DNA of 41,579 bases from Sphaerochaetaceae bacterium (GCA_023231265.1 JALNVT010000001.1:1-41579), one strand, 5' to 3'. Counted from the first letter of the stretch, positions 18,574-28,592 are shown. Notes: generated from the letters alone by a model not told the origin. A program made the numbers and translations.

Positions 18574-19410
18574 TTAAGCGCCAACTGAGAACATTTGGAA
18601 ACCAGTGATTTCTAATGTAAATCCTGCAGCTTTTGCTACCTGCTTCATTTTTGCTTCAACTGACATTTTGTCATCTTTAACAAATGCCTGCTGTAAGAAA
18701 CAAACTTGAGCGTTGTTCTTGTTTAACATACCTTTAACGATATTTGGAATGATCTTTTCAGGTTTGCCCATACCTTGAGCTTGCTTTGTGAAGATTCCAG
18801 TTAATTCATCAATATCAGCTTGAGGAATTTCTGAAGGTTTTAGGTAAGTAGGTGTGAAAGCTGCTACGTGTAATGCACAATCGTGACAGAATTCTTTGAT
18901 TTCTTCATTTTCGAATGCTTCAGCTTTATCAGCTTTGAATTCAACAAGAACACCCTTTTCGCCAGCACCATGAATATATGTTGTAGCAAAATCATTATCT
19001 GCTAGATCAAAAACAAGAACGTTTTTAACAGTCATGTTTTCTTTGATAACAGCGATTAAGTTCTTAACCATAAGTTCAAGTTCTTCATTAATGCTTGTGT
19101 AATTTTTTTCAATAATTACATCAATCATATCTTCACCAAGTTTAGCAAAGTCTTCATTACCTGATACAAAGTCAGTTTCACAAGTTAATTCAAGTAAAAC
19201 AGCCTTCTTTGGTGTAATTTTAGTAAAAATTCTACCGTTTTCAGTAGCACGGTCAGCTCTTTTAGCAACAGCAGCAAGACCCATTTCTTTTAGGTGCTTT
19301 TCTGCTAAAGCGAAATCGCCTTCAGCAGCTACTAATGCTTTCTTACAATCCATCATACCTGCGCCTGTAGCGTCACGTAATTTTTTAACTGTAGCAGCTT
19401 TAATTTCCAT
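18574..19410 (-). CDS. tsf: Elongation factor Ts
   Basis: The N-terminal UBA-like motif VKKLRDATGAGMMDCKKAL is diagnostic. Sits in an rpsB-tsf context. Confidence 0.95.
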   Translation of the reverse strand: MEIKAATVKKLRDATGAGMMDCKKALVAAEGDFALAEKHLKEMGLAAVAKRADRATENGRIFTKITPKKAVLLELTCETDFVSGNEDFAKLGEDMIDVIIEKNYTSINEELELMVKNLIAVIKENMTVKNVLVFDLADNDFATTYIHGAGEKGVLVEFKADKAEAFENEEIKEFCHDCALHVAAFTPTYLKPSEIPQADIDELTGIFTKQAQGMGKPEKIIPNIVKGMLNKNNAQVCFLQQAFVKDDKMSVEAKMKQVAKAAGFTLEITGFQMFSVGA

Positions 19411-19421
19411 AATATTCCTTC

Positions 19422-20309
19422 CTAGTCTTGGTATAAAGTTTTTTCGTCAACTTCGATTCCGTCAGTTACAGCTGTAACAACTTCTTCTTCTTTAACTTCT
19501 TCCTTATCTGTAGCTTCGAAATTTGAAAGATCTTCGTCTGAAGAGAATACTACTTCTTCTTCAACTTCTGCAACTTCTTCTTTTTCTTCAGCTTCATCTG
19601 TCAATGTTTCTACAATTTGAATACCAGTTTCGTTATCTGCATCAACTACTGCGTTAGCAATAATTTCTACGAACAATGAAATAGCTCTGATAGCATCATC
19701 GTTACCAGGAATTGGGAAAGTGATATCTGTTGGATCACAGTTTGTATCAACAACAGCTACTACAGGGATACCTAATTTCTTAGCTTCTGTTACAGCAATT
19801 GCTTCTTTCTTTGTATCGATAATGAATACAGCCCCAGGTAATTCTTTCATATCCTTGATACCACCAAGGTTTTTCTCTAATTTACTTTTTTGTTTTGTTA
19901 ATAAAGAAACTTCTTTCTTTGTTAGAGATTCGAATGTACCATCGCTTTCCATTTTTTCAATTTTCTTTAATGTTGCGATTGATTTTTTGATTGTTGTGAA
20001 GTTTGTTAACATACCACCTAACCAACGATTGTTGATGTAAGGCATGTTACAGCGTTTAGCTTCTTCTTCAATAACAAGTTGAGCTTGTTTTTTTGTGCCA
20101 ACAAATAAGATAGTCTTGCCATCTTTTACGATATTGCGAACTGCATCGTAAGCTTCAACAATACAAGTTGAAGTCTTCTGTAAATCGATGATATGAATAC
20201 CATTTCTCTGTGAGAAAATGTAACGTGCCATCTTTGGATTCCATCTTTTGGTCTGGTGACCAAAATGTACGCCTGATTCTAATAGGCTTTTCATTGTAAC
20301 TACGGACAT
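19422..20309 (-). CDS. rpsB: 30S ribosomal protein S2 with ~60-aa acidic C-terminal tail
   Basis: [31 protein letters not shown] and GGMLTN motifs, with strong SD AGGAGG. The tail [16 protein letters not shown]...[10 protein letters not shown] lies beyond the conserved core. Confidence 0.95.
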   Translation of the reverse strand: MSVVTMKSLLESGVHFGHQTKRWNPKMARYIFSQRNGIHIIDLQKTSTCIVEAYDAVRNIVKDGKTILFVGTKKQAQLVIEEEAKRCNMPYINNRWLGGMLTNFTTIKKSIATLKKIEKMESDGTFESLTKKEVSLLTKQKSKLEKNLGGIKDMKELPGAVFIIDTKKEAIAVTEAKKLGIPVVAVVDTNCDPTDITFPIPGNDDAIRAISLFVEIIANAVVDADNETGIQIVETLTDEAEEKEEVAEVEEEVVFSSDEDLSNFEATDKEEVKEEEVVTAVTDGIEVDEKTLYQD

Positions 20310-20417
20310 AATATCCTCCTATACTGACGACAAAAACAAGCTCTAGCGCACTTTGCTATTGCAGGGTCGTCACCCTTCGTATATATCTCACTCCGTAAGG
20401 AGCGGAAATTTCTCTAT

Positions 20418-21017
20418 CTAGGACAGAGTTGACTTCATTAAATCAGAAATGACTGAAAGTGGCAACCCCACAATGGTGTTAAAATCACCTAAAGTATCTT
20501 TAATTAATGCTCTACCTTTACCCTGTATTCTGTAGGAACCAGCAGCACCTTCCCATTCTCCTGTTTCTATGTAATTTCTTACAAATTCAGGATCTAGGTG
20601 TTTGAAAAGAACAGTTGCTTCATCACAACCACTGTATGTACCAAATTTTGGTAGATACAAGCTGTAACCGGTATAGACAATCTGATGCTTATCGCTGAAT
20701 TTCAGCAGTGTTTCAAAGGCTTCTTCTTTGTTATTTGCCTTACCTACCAAAGTGTTTTCAAAGTAAACTAGAGTATCACAGCAAAGAACAGGAATATCTG
20801 CTAGGCCATATTGCATCTCATATGATTTTAATTTCCGTTTTGCAAGTTTTTCAATCTGCTCTTCGATTTTTAAATGTTTCAAATCATCAAGACTTTCATC
20901 ACTGTCTGTAGGTCTGACTTCAACCTCTAGCCCCTCGTCAAGCAATATCTGCCTACGGGCAGGGGATGCTGATGCCAATACAATCTTATCAAAATATTTA
21001 TTTAGACTCATATTCAT
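20418..21017 (-). CDS. maf: Maf-family nucleoside triphosphate pyrophosphatase
   Basis: LASASPARRQIL N-terminus, GKA (GKP-like) motif, AGSYRIQG and GLP motifs. The start overlaps the ABC-F stop by 1 nt (TAATG). An alternative ATG lies 2 codons downstream. Confidence 0.85.
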   Translation of the reverse strand: MNMSLNKYFDKIVLASASPARRQILLDEGLEVEVRPTDSDESLDDLKHLKIEEQIEKLAKRKLKSYEMQYGLADIPVLCCDTLVYFENTLVGKANNKEEAFETLLKFSDKHQIVYTGYSLYLPKFGTYSGCDEATVLFKHLDPEFVRNYIETGEWEGAAGSYRIQGKGRALIKDTLGDFNTIVGLPLSVISDLMKSTLS

Positions 21018-22966
21018 TATAGATTTAACTCTTTTTTGAGTGAAGCAATTTCTTCTTCATTCTCCATCCAGAGTTCCTCTTTTTCTTCAATTTGACTCTC
21101 AAGATCTTCTTTATCTGCCATGACTTTTGTTATTTTCTCTGCATCGCTGTAGACCTCAACCTTTCCCATCTCATTTTCAAGAGAGCTGACTTTATCAGAA
21201 AGTATCTCATTCTCTTCAAGAAGTTTTTCATTGGTCTTGATGAGCTTGTTGAGTCTATTGTTTTTCTCTCTTTGAGCCTTGTAGCTCAGAGCACCGGTGC
21301 TTATCTCTTCTTCTTCACCGTCTGGAGAGCTGTTGTTTGTCTCATTTTCAACTTTTTCTTTTTCTTCAAGTTTGGTTTTGAAATAGTGATAATCACCTTC
21401 GTAGAAAGTTGGTTCATCTTCTGATAAATAAAGAATTCTGGTTGCAAGGTGTTCAATAAAATAGGTATCGTGAGATACAAAAATCATGGTTCCATCATAT
21501 CCCTTAAGAGCTTCAATCAACATATCCTTTGAATTTATATCAAGGTGGTTTGTAGGTTCATCTAAAATTAGAAGATTAACTGGATTCATCAATATTTTTA
21601 GAAGTGCTATTCTTGATCTCTCACCACCACTTAAAACACTGATCTTTTTGAATACCTCATCACCTGAGAATAGGAAAGCTCCGAGATAGTTTCTTAGATT
21701 TGGTAAATCAGAGGTCTGTGTTACGGAGGCAATTTCTTCCATAAGATCGTTTGATGGGTTCAAAGTTTTTTCAGTATCCTGAGCAAAATAACCAATCTTC
21801 ACACCTGTACCATTTATGATCTCACCTTCATAGTCCTTATCTTGACCATATAACATTCTGAGCAATGTTGATTTACCTTCACCATTACGACCTGTTACTG
21901 CAAGTCTGTCACCTTTGCTGACAAGAAATGAAAGATCGTTGAAAATGTGATGTTCGCCATAACTTTTAGAAAGATTATTTACCTTGAGTACCTCATTACC
22001 ACTGTGTGGAGCTTCTGGGAAAGTGAAGTGCATCTTCTTCAGATGAGATGGAACTTGCACAATTTCAATTTTTTCAAGTTGCTTGATTCTGCTCTGTACT
22101 TGCTTACTTTTGGTAGCTTTGTATCGGAATTTCTCAATGAACTGCTCTGTTTTCTCAAACATCTCAGTCTGTCTTTTCCATTCTTTTTCTTTCTGTTCGA
22201 GCTCAACTTCTCTTTGACGAACATAACTTGAATAGTTACCTACATATTTTGTAAGGTGACCATTGAACAGTTCATAAACTTCATTTACTGTTTCGTCTAA
22301 AAAATCTTGATCGTGAGATACAAGCATCAAACCACCTTTATAAACTTTGAGGTAGTTCTTGAGCCAGATTCTTGCTTCAATATCTAGGTAGTTGGTAGGT
22401 TCGTCTAAGAACATCATATCAGGATTCTCAACAAGGATTTTTGCAAGAGCTATACGCATCTGCCATCCACCAGAGAACTCACTGCATTCTCTATATAAAT
22501 CATGGCTTTCAAAGCCAAGACCTTTGAGAATCTGTTCAATTTTTATCTTACGGTCGAAGTATCCACTGTTTAAAAGTTCTTCCTGTATCTCATGCAACTC
22601 CAGAAGTTCTGAATCAACATTGTCTCCTTCTTTTATATGAGAGAGCTTGTTCTCCAGTTCTTTTTTTCGTATCAACATATCGTTAAAACGGAAAAAACCT
22701 TTTTCAACTTCTTCATATAAAGTGGCACCTTCAAAAACGATATCACTTTGAGGAAGATATGAAACTCTGAGACCTTTTGTCATGCTACATTTGATGCTAT
22801 CGGAGGGAATTATATTGCAAATAACCTTCAAAAGTGTTGTCTTTCCACTACCATTACCACCTGCAAGTGCGCATCGTGATTTTTCATTTAGTGTGAAATT
22901 TATATTAGAAAGGATGTCTCTGTCTCCAAAAGCAAGATTTATATCCTGAACTTGTAGGGTTCCCAT
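21017..22966 (-). CDS. ABC-F family ATPase (Uup-like, two ABC cassettes plus C-terminal coiled coil)
   Basis: Two Walker A motifs (GGNGSGKTT, GRNGEGKST), two LSGG signatures (FSGGWQMR, LSGGERSR) and two Walker B motifs (FLDEPTN, ILDEPTN). No TM domain, and a K/E-rich coiled-coil tail. Start set to ATG 22966 (MGTLQVQDI..), preceded by GGAGA. Confidence 0.9.
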   Translation of the reverse strand: MGTLQVQDINLAFGDRDILSNINFTLNEKSRCALAGGNGSGKTTLLKVICNIIPSDSIKCSMTKGLRVSYLPQSDIVFEGATLYEEVEKGFFRFNDMLIRKKELENKLSHIKEGDNVDSELLELHEIQEELLNSGYFDRKIKIEQILKGLGFESHDLYRECSEFSGGWQMRIALAKILVENPDMMFLDEPTNYLDIEARIWLKNYLKVYKGGLMLVSHDQDFLDETVNEVYELFNGHLTKYVGNYSSYVRQREVELEQKEKEWKRQTEMFEKTEQFIEKFRYKATKSKQVQSRIKQLEKIEIVQVPSHLKKMHFTFPEAPHSGNEVLKVNNLSKSYGEHHIFNDLSFLVSKGDRLAVTGRNGEGKSTLLRMLYGQDKDYEGEIINGTGVKIGYFAQDTEKTLNPSNDLMEEIASVTQTSDLPNLRNYLGAFLFSGDEVFKKISVLSGGERSRIALLKILMNPVNLLILDEPTNHLDINSKDMLIEALKGYDGTMIFVSHDTYFIEHLATRILYLSEDEPTFYEGDYHYFKTKLEEKEKVENETNNSSPDGEEEEISTGALSYKAQREKNNRLNKLIKTNEKLLEENEILSDKVSSLENEMGKVEVYSDAEKITKVMADKEDLESQIEEKEELWMENEEEIASLKKELNL

Positions 22967-23063
22967 TAGTTTTTCTCCATTAGTGTGTTGATAGTTGGTT
23001 GTTTTACGGTTATTATATAGCATATCATAATGTAGTTTTCAATGACAACAAGGAGAATCTCAG

Positions 23064-24551
23064 TTGATCTGTTTAACCACCAGTGAGCGAACATTAACAG
23101 CCGCTTTAAAACAAGTAGAAAGAAATAAAGAATATATCGACATGGTCGAATTAAGATTAGATTTATTAGAAGAGGGTGAGCTTGTAAGCGCACAGATCTT
23201 TCCTCGCCTATGTGCATTACCAACTATTGCTACTTTTAGAAGAATCTGTGATGGTGGTGCTTCAAAACTAAATGATAAAACCAGAATATCAATTTTGCGT
23301 GATATCGTTTTGAAGGGTGACTTCAGTTATGTAGATATTGAAGACGATGTCAAAAAATCTGATTTGAAAGTTAAGGATGCAGAGACTGATGTTCGTCATG
23401 ATTTTGAATCTGAATTAAGAGCCAAAGGAATCAGAATAATAAGAAGTTATCATGATTTCGAAAAAGTACCAGCAGAACTCTTTGGAAAGATCACCAAACT
23501 TGCTAAGAAAGGAGATATTCCTAAAGTAGCAGTTACACCCAATAATATTGTGGATGTTGTGACCATATTTAGAATTCAACAGGAATTGAAAGATGTAAAA
23601 GAAAAAATTGTTGTTGCAATGGGCGATTATGGTGTTTGCACAAGAATATTATACAAAAAGATTGGTTCTATGCTAACTTTTGCATCAGAAAATCAAACTG
23701 CACCTGGTCAGTTGACTCCTAAAGACCTCAAACTGTTGTACAGAGCCGATATGGTTAATTCCCGAACAAATGTTTATGGCATCATTGGTAATCCTGTTTT
23801 ACAGACAGCATCTCCTAAGATACACAATCCAGGCTTTGACTCAATTCATTACAATGCAATATATGTTCCATTCCTTGTTGATAAGGTAAGAACATTCTTC
23901 AAACTTGCTGAATTGATTCAAATTCATGGTTTTTCAGTAACAGTTCCCCATAAAAGAGATGTATTACCATATCTTGGAAAAATCAGTCGAGAGGTAAAAC
24001 AGATTGGAGCTTGCAATACAGTCACAAGAATTCAAGGCATGTGGAAGGGAATCAATACTGATTATTATGGTTTCTTAGCTCCAATTGAAACTGAGATAGC
24101 AGAAGAAAAAATAAAAACTGCTTTGGTAATCGGAGCAGGTGGTGCTTCTAGAGCTGTAGTTTGGGCTCTTAAAAATCATCATGTGAAGGTCACTGTAGTC
24201 AACAGAACAAAAGAAAAAGCTATTCATCTTGCAGAAGAGACAATGAGCAGTTGGGACACTCTTGAGAATGTTAAAAAATATGAAGGAAAGGTGGATCTAG
24301 TTGTTCAAACAACAGTGATTGGAATGGGAGAGACCATGGGTCAGAGCCCTGTTCCTGATTTTGAATTTACTGGAAAGGAATTCGTCTATGATTTGATTTA
24401 CAAGCCAGACTATACAGAGTTTTTAAAAAAAGCTTCTGCAGCAGGATGCAGTACTTATAATGGTAAGCGAATGTTACTTGAACAAGGAAAACTCCAGTTT
24501 GAAGCATTTACAGGATATCATTATCCACATTGGATCAAACCTGAATTCTAA
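23064..24551 (+). CDS. aroDE: Bifunctional type I 3-dehydroquinate dehydratase / shikimate 5-dehydrogenase
   Basis: The N-terminal half has the DHQase-I pattern (IPKVAVTP catalytic-Lys region, VAMGDYGVCTRIL..GS.LTFA). The C-terminal half has the AroE pattern (YGIIGNPV..SPKIHN, VTVPHK, GACNTV, NTDYYGF, GAGGASRAV). TTG start lies 8 nt after AAGGAG. Confidence 0.85.
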   Translation: MICLTTSERTLTAALKQVERNKEYIDMVELRLDLLEEGELVSAQIFPRLCALPTIATFRRICDGGASKLNDKTRISILRDIVLKGDFSYVDIEDDVKKSDLKVKDAETDVRHDFESELRAKGIRIIRSYHDFEKVPAELFGKITKLAKKGDIPKVAVTPNNIVDVVTIFRIQQELKDVKEKIVVAMGDYGVCTRILYKKIGSMLTFASENQTAPGQLTPKDLKLLYRADMVNSRTNVYGIIGNPVLQTASPKIHNPGFDSIHYNAIYVPFLVDKVRTFFKLAELIQIHGFSVTVPHKRDVLPYLGKISREVKQIGACNTVTRIQGMWKGINTDYYGFLAPIETEIAEEKIKTALVIGAGGASRAVVWALKNHHVKVTVVNRTKEKAIHLAEETMSSWDTLENVKKYEGKVDLVVQTTVIGMGETMGQSPVPDFEFTGKEFVYDLIYKPDYTEFLKKASAAGCSTYNGKRMLLEQGKLQFEAFTGYHYPHWIKPEF

Positions 24552-24622
24552 ACTTTAGATGATTGTTGGAATCTAGAGAAAAGAACGTATCAAATATGCA
24601 GTAAAATTGCAGAGTTGGTATG

Positions 24623-24638
24623 TTTTTTTTGGGGGGGG
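24623..24638. repeat. Back-to-back homopolymer tracts T8 G8
   Basis: Read directly: tgTTTTTTTTGGGGGGGGatg. G8 is striking in this AT-rich sequence. It lies in the 504-nt intergenic region upstream of the hybrid kinase gene. Confidence 0.95.
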
Positions 24639-25055
24639 ATGATATCAATTGATTTCAATCGATTGGATTCTTTCGTGTTCTATTGGTTAGACTTATTTAA
24701 TTGAAGAATATGAACCTTCGCTAGTGAAATAACTTTATAATAATTTGAGTGATTATTTAAAGTGAATAATGGAATTTTTTCAACAAAAATACCAATTTAT
24801 ATTTATTTTGTTGTCAACTGATACAAAAATATAAGAAATATGATTGTTTTTTAAAGACTTCAACTGCTATTATAATAAATTTTTATTAATTTTAGCAATT
24901 TTAGTTTTTTTTTTACAAAAAATCCTAATTATGACATATAATAAATAATGAATGACAAAATAATATAATTTTCTACCATTTTAATGATTCAACCAGACAA
25001 AAACATTCAGTTTGGTTGATTGCATAATGACGAATTACATTGGAGAGTGAGAGAA

Positions 25056-28000
25056 ATGGCTGTAGTAAATGAGAAGATACAGATTAAAGATGTTTTGAGA
25101 AATAAAGCTGTATTTGAAAACCTTCCTCTCGCAATTTTTTATAAAGACCGAGATGGCAAATATCTTGGCGCAAATTCTAAATTTTTGAGAGCCATAAGTT
25201 TCGAAACAGAAGAAGAACTGATTGGCTTGGATGATTTTGATTTTATTTCTAGGGATGATGCAGAATATTTTCAGGAAGCTGATTCCATTGTTTTCACTGG
25301 TGCAACATATGAAGTTCGCACACCAATTCATGAAATGCAGCACAAACATTATCATGTATCTACAACAAAAGTGCCATTGTATGAGGGAAATCTTGTTGTG
25401 GGACTCATTGGAATGTTCCATGACTTGAAACCTCAGGAATTGCAGATACTGGATGAATATAAAACTGGTGAGGCTCTTTTAAAAGATAAAATTATCAATG
25501 GGATCAATTCTGCTGTATTTATTATAGATATTGAAAGCAATGAAATATTGAGGTCCAATAAAATAGGAGATCAGATCTTAAAAAATTGTGATGAGAATGA
25601 TAAATACAATCTTCTGTATGATAAATCTTGGGGTGCAGAGGATGACAGTGATATATCTGGTGTTTCAGATAAGGATACAATCACTTCTAATAAACAAAAT
25701 GTTTCATATTTTGAATCAATTGATAGATACCTAACTTTAAGCTATAAAAAAATAGATTGGGACGATAGACAGGCTTATATAAGATATATAAACGATGTTA
25801 CTGAACTTGTTAATGGAGAGAAAAATAATCAGCTGACAATGAAGCAGCTTGATAAGGCTTTAGCTCATGCAAATCTTATTTATTTCAACTACGATATCAA
25901 GAGCAAGTTGATTCATGTCAACAAAGCTGGAAAAGAATCTTTGGATTTGGATTTTGGTGAGGAATTTGTAACTTTTGAAAAAACATTTGAAATCTTTCAT
26001 CCTGAATTTATAGATGCATATAAAGAAAGTTTCTATAGAATTCTATCTGGTAGAAATGATTATATAAGTTTTGATAGCAAGATTAAATTTAAAACTGACG
26101 GATATTCTTGGCGTGAGGTCAAGATGTCTGCCATCTATGATGATGAGAGCTCTCGAACAAAAATAATAATAACATGCAATGATATAAATAGATTCAAAAA
26201 ACTTGAATCAAGATTCATAACGATACTTGATAAGAACAATATCACCTCTTGGGAGTACAATATAGAAAAAGATGAAATTACAATGAATAAGAATCTATTC
26301 AATGTGATAACAGATTATCAAGTTGAGCCCCGAGAGTTTTACAGAAAAAAAATACATCCCGATGATTTAAAAATCTTTGATGGTATCTTTGAAGAAATAA
26401 AAAATGGAGCAATGCAAGCTTCAGGAGAATATAGATCAAGACCCAATAAGAAGTCAGACTGGCTGTGGTCACATACAGAGATGACATTTCTTGAAAAAGA
26501 AAATAAAGATATGAATATTGCACTTGGATCATCTCGTGATATAACAAAGTTCAAGTTAGCAGAAAAACGATATCAAGATGAACTCTCATTTCAAAAGATA
26601 AGAAATTCAAGTCAACTGATTTATGCAATTGTAAATATTACCAAAGATAATAAAATTTTGGAATTTTCTAGTACAGATGATCGCATTGCAAGCATTGATA
26701 AATCAGAATTGATTGATAGATTTTATGCGAGCATCATTGATGAAAAAGTATCACATGATATACAGGAAAATTATGTAAAAACTTTGAGTTCTAATTTCCA
26801 GAAGGGAATTTCTGAAAATCAAAAAACCTTACGAATGAATATCTTTGGGAAAAGGCTCTATATAAAATTAAAATTCACGATAATTCAGAATCCAGAAACA
26901 AATGATCTCATGGCATTTGTAGGTGGTGAAAATGTAGATCTTGATGTAAAGAATGAGCAGATGCTCAAATTGTCATCTGATCAAAGCTATGAGCTCTTCA
27001 CCAGAATGGATTTCACAAATGATGAGATGATTGCTCATAGAACCGATGATAGCTTTTATCAATTTGAAGGTCATACTTTGGTAACATCAATAGAGGACTC
27101 TTTGATGGATTTGAGTATAGCTTTAAATGTCCCCTTCCAACGAGCTCAAAATTTGGAAGGCGTTTACAATAACATGCTTGAGAAAAAGGACTCTGCAATA
27201 ACCATATTCAAACTTAAAAATGAAAAAGGTGAGGAGAGGATCAAACGTGCTAAGATCATCCGAATTGAAGGTGAACCCAGAGTGTTTGCAGAATTTTGGG
27301 ATGATATAACAGAATTAACCAAGGAGAATGAAGATAGGAATAAAGAACTTGCTGAAGCTCTCGAATTTGCACAGAGTGCCAACATTGCCAAGACAACATT
27401 TCTATCTGCGATGTCCCATGATATAAGAACTCCATTGAATGCAATAATTGGCATGAATGATTTGGCACTTGATAACATCGATGACAAACAGCAGGTTCTT
27501 CAGAGCCTCAATATCATCAAAGACTCTTCAAGACATCTGCTTTCATTGATCAATGATATTTTGGATATGAGTAGAATTGAAAGCAACAAAATAGTGTTCA
27601 ATAATTTGCCCTATGATGCTCGAGAGGTACTGAATGAGATCTTTGATAGAATGAGAGCTCTTATGAATCAGAAGAATCAAAATCTCGAGGTTGACCTTGA
27701 TATAAAAAATCCTTTCATAATCTTTGATAAAGTTGTATTCAGTAAGATTTTGGAGAATGTGATAAATAACTCAATCAAGTTCTCTCCTGAAAGTGCAACT
27801 ATAAAAGTTGGTGTGCAGGATATTGAATCCACTGATGATTCTAAATACAATCAATGGAAAATTATTATAGAAGATAATGGAATAGGTATGGATGAGGAAG
27901 GTCTTGAAAATGCTTTCAATCCTTTCTATAGAGCATCAACTTCAGATGTCAATAATATTGAAGGAACGGGTCTTGGACTTCCAATAGTTAAGAAGAATTT

Positions 28001-28550
28001 AGCTATTATGGGAGGAACCATCAACATGGAAAGTGAGCTCTCAAAAGGAACCAAAACCATAATTGAGGTGTCTTTTAAGACTCAAGACTGCAATAAGAGC
28101 AAGAAGGAAGTGGTTCATAAGAAACATTCAGAGATCAGATACAAAAAGGTTCTTGCAAATCACAATGGTCTGCTCATTGAAGACAATAAAGTAAACATGC
28201 TTCTTGCATCCAAAATTTTGGATAAATTCAAGTTGACATACGATATGGAATACAATGGTCAGGATGGGTTGGATAAATATTTGAATTCAGAACCTGGAAC
28301 ATATGATTTCATTCTTACTGATATTCAGATGCCTGTTATGGATGGTTATGATATGGTCAGAGCTATAAGAAGTTCTGAAAAAGCTGATAGCAAAAGCATA
28401 CCAATCATTGCCATGACTGCAAATGCTTTTCTTGAGGACATCAAAAGATGTATGGACTGTGGTATGAATGCTCATATTGCAAAACCAATTGAAGTTGATG
28501 ATTTTAAGAACAAACTTTATGACATCCTTGAAGATGCAGATAAGAAGTGA
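25056..28550 (+). CDS. Cytoplasmic multi-PAS hybrid sensor histidine kinase (PAS repeats - HisKA - HATPase_c - REC)
   Basis: H-box FLSAMSHDIRTPLNAIIGM (His codon at 27417), N/G boxes (NNSIKFS, DNGIGM, GTGLGLPIV), and receiver LLIEDNKVN...ILTDIQMPVMDG (Asp codon at 28320)...AMTANA...KP. The ~780 N-terminal residues contain several PAS-like repeats and no hydrophobic TM segment. Start moved to ATG 25056 after GGAGAG. Confidence 0.9.
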   Translation: MAVVNEKIQIKDVLRNKAVFENLPLAIFYKDRDGKYLGANSKFLRAISFETEEELIGLDDFDFISRDDAEYFQEADSIVFTGATYEVRTPIHEMQHKHYHVSTTKVPLYEGNLVVGLIGMFHDLKPQELQILDEYKTGEALLKDKIINGINSAVFIIDIESNEILRSNKIGDQILKNCDENDKYNLLYDKSWGAEDDSDISGVSDKDTITSNKQNVSYFESIDRYLTLSYKKIDWDDRQAYIRYINDVTELVNGEKNNQLTMKQLDKALAHANLIYFNYDIKSKLIHVNKAGKESLDLDFGEEFVTFEKTFEIFHPEFIDAYKESFYRILSGRNDYISFDSKIKFKTDGYSWREVKMSAIYDDESSRTKIIITCNDINRFKKLESRFITILDKNNITSWEYNIEKDEITMNKNLFNVITDYQVEPREFYRKKIHPDDLKIFDGIFEEIKNGAMQASGEYRSRPNKKSDWLWSHTEMTFLEKENKDMNIALGSSRDITKFKLAEKRYQDELSFQKIRNSSQLIYAIVNITKDNKILEFSSTDDRIASIDKSELIDRFYASIIDEKVSHDIQENYVKTLSSNFQKGISENQKTLRMNIFGKRLYIKLKFTIIQNPETNDLMAFVGGENVDLDVKNEQMLKLSSDQSYELFTRMDFTNDEMIAHRTDDSFYQFEGHTLVTSIEDSLMDLSIALNVPFQRAQNLEGVYNNMLEKKDSAITIFKLKNEKGEERIKRAKIIRIEGEPRVFAEFWDDITELTKENEDRNKELAEALEFAQSANIAKTTFLSAMSHDIRTPLNAIIGMNDLALDNIDDKQQVLQSLNIIKDSSRHLLSLINDILDMSRIESNKIVFNNLPYDAREVLNEIFDRMRALMNQKNQNLEVDLDIKNPFIIFDKVVFSKILENVINNSIKFSPESATIKVGVQDIESTDDSKYNQWKIIIEDNGIGMDEEGLENAFNPFYRASTSDVNNIEGTGLGLPIVKKNLAIMGGTINMESELSKGTKTIIEVSFKTQDCNKSKKEVVHKKHSEIRYKKVLANHNGLLIEDNKVNMLLASKILDKFKLTYDMEYNGQDGLDKYLNSEPGTYDFILTDIQMPVMDGYDMVRAIRSSEKADSKSIPIIAMTANAFLEDIKRCMDCGMNAHIAKPIEVDDFKNKLYDILEDADKK

Positions 28551-28592
28551 TTTGAATTTCACACTCTCTGAATTCTGAAACAATAAAATAGA

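Noticed and set aside
22967-23023. 19 extra N-terminal codons on the ABC-F ORF
   Set aside because: ATG 22966 has a GGAGA SD and yields the usual short lead-in to the first ABC cassette. The upstream codons are probably 5' UTR.
24639-24704. 21-codon ORF starting right after the G8 tract (MISIDFNRLDSFVFYWLDLFN)
   Set aside because: There is no spacing between the G-run and the ATG for a functional SD, and the product has no recognisable features. It is more likely non-coding.
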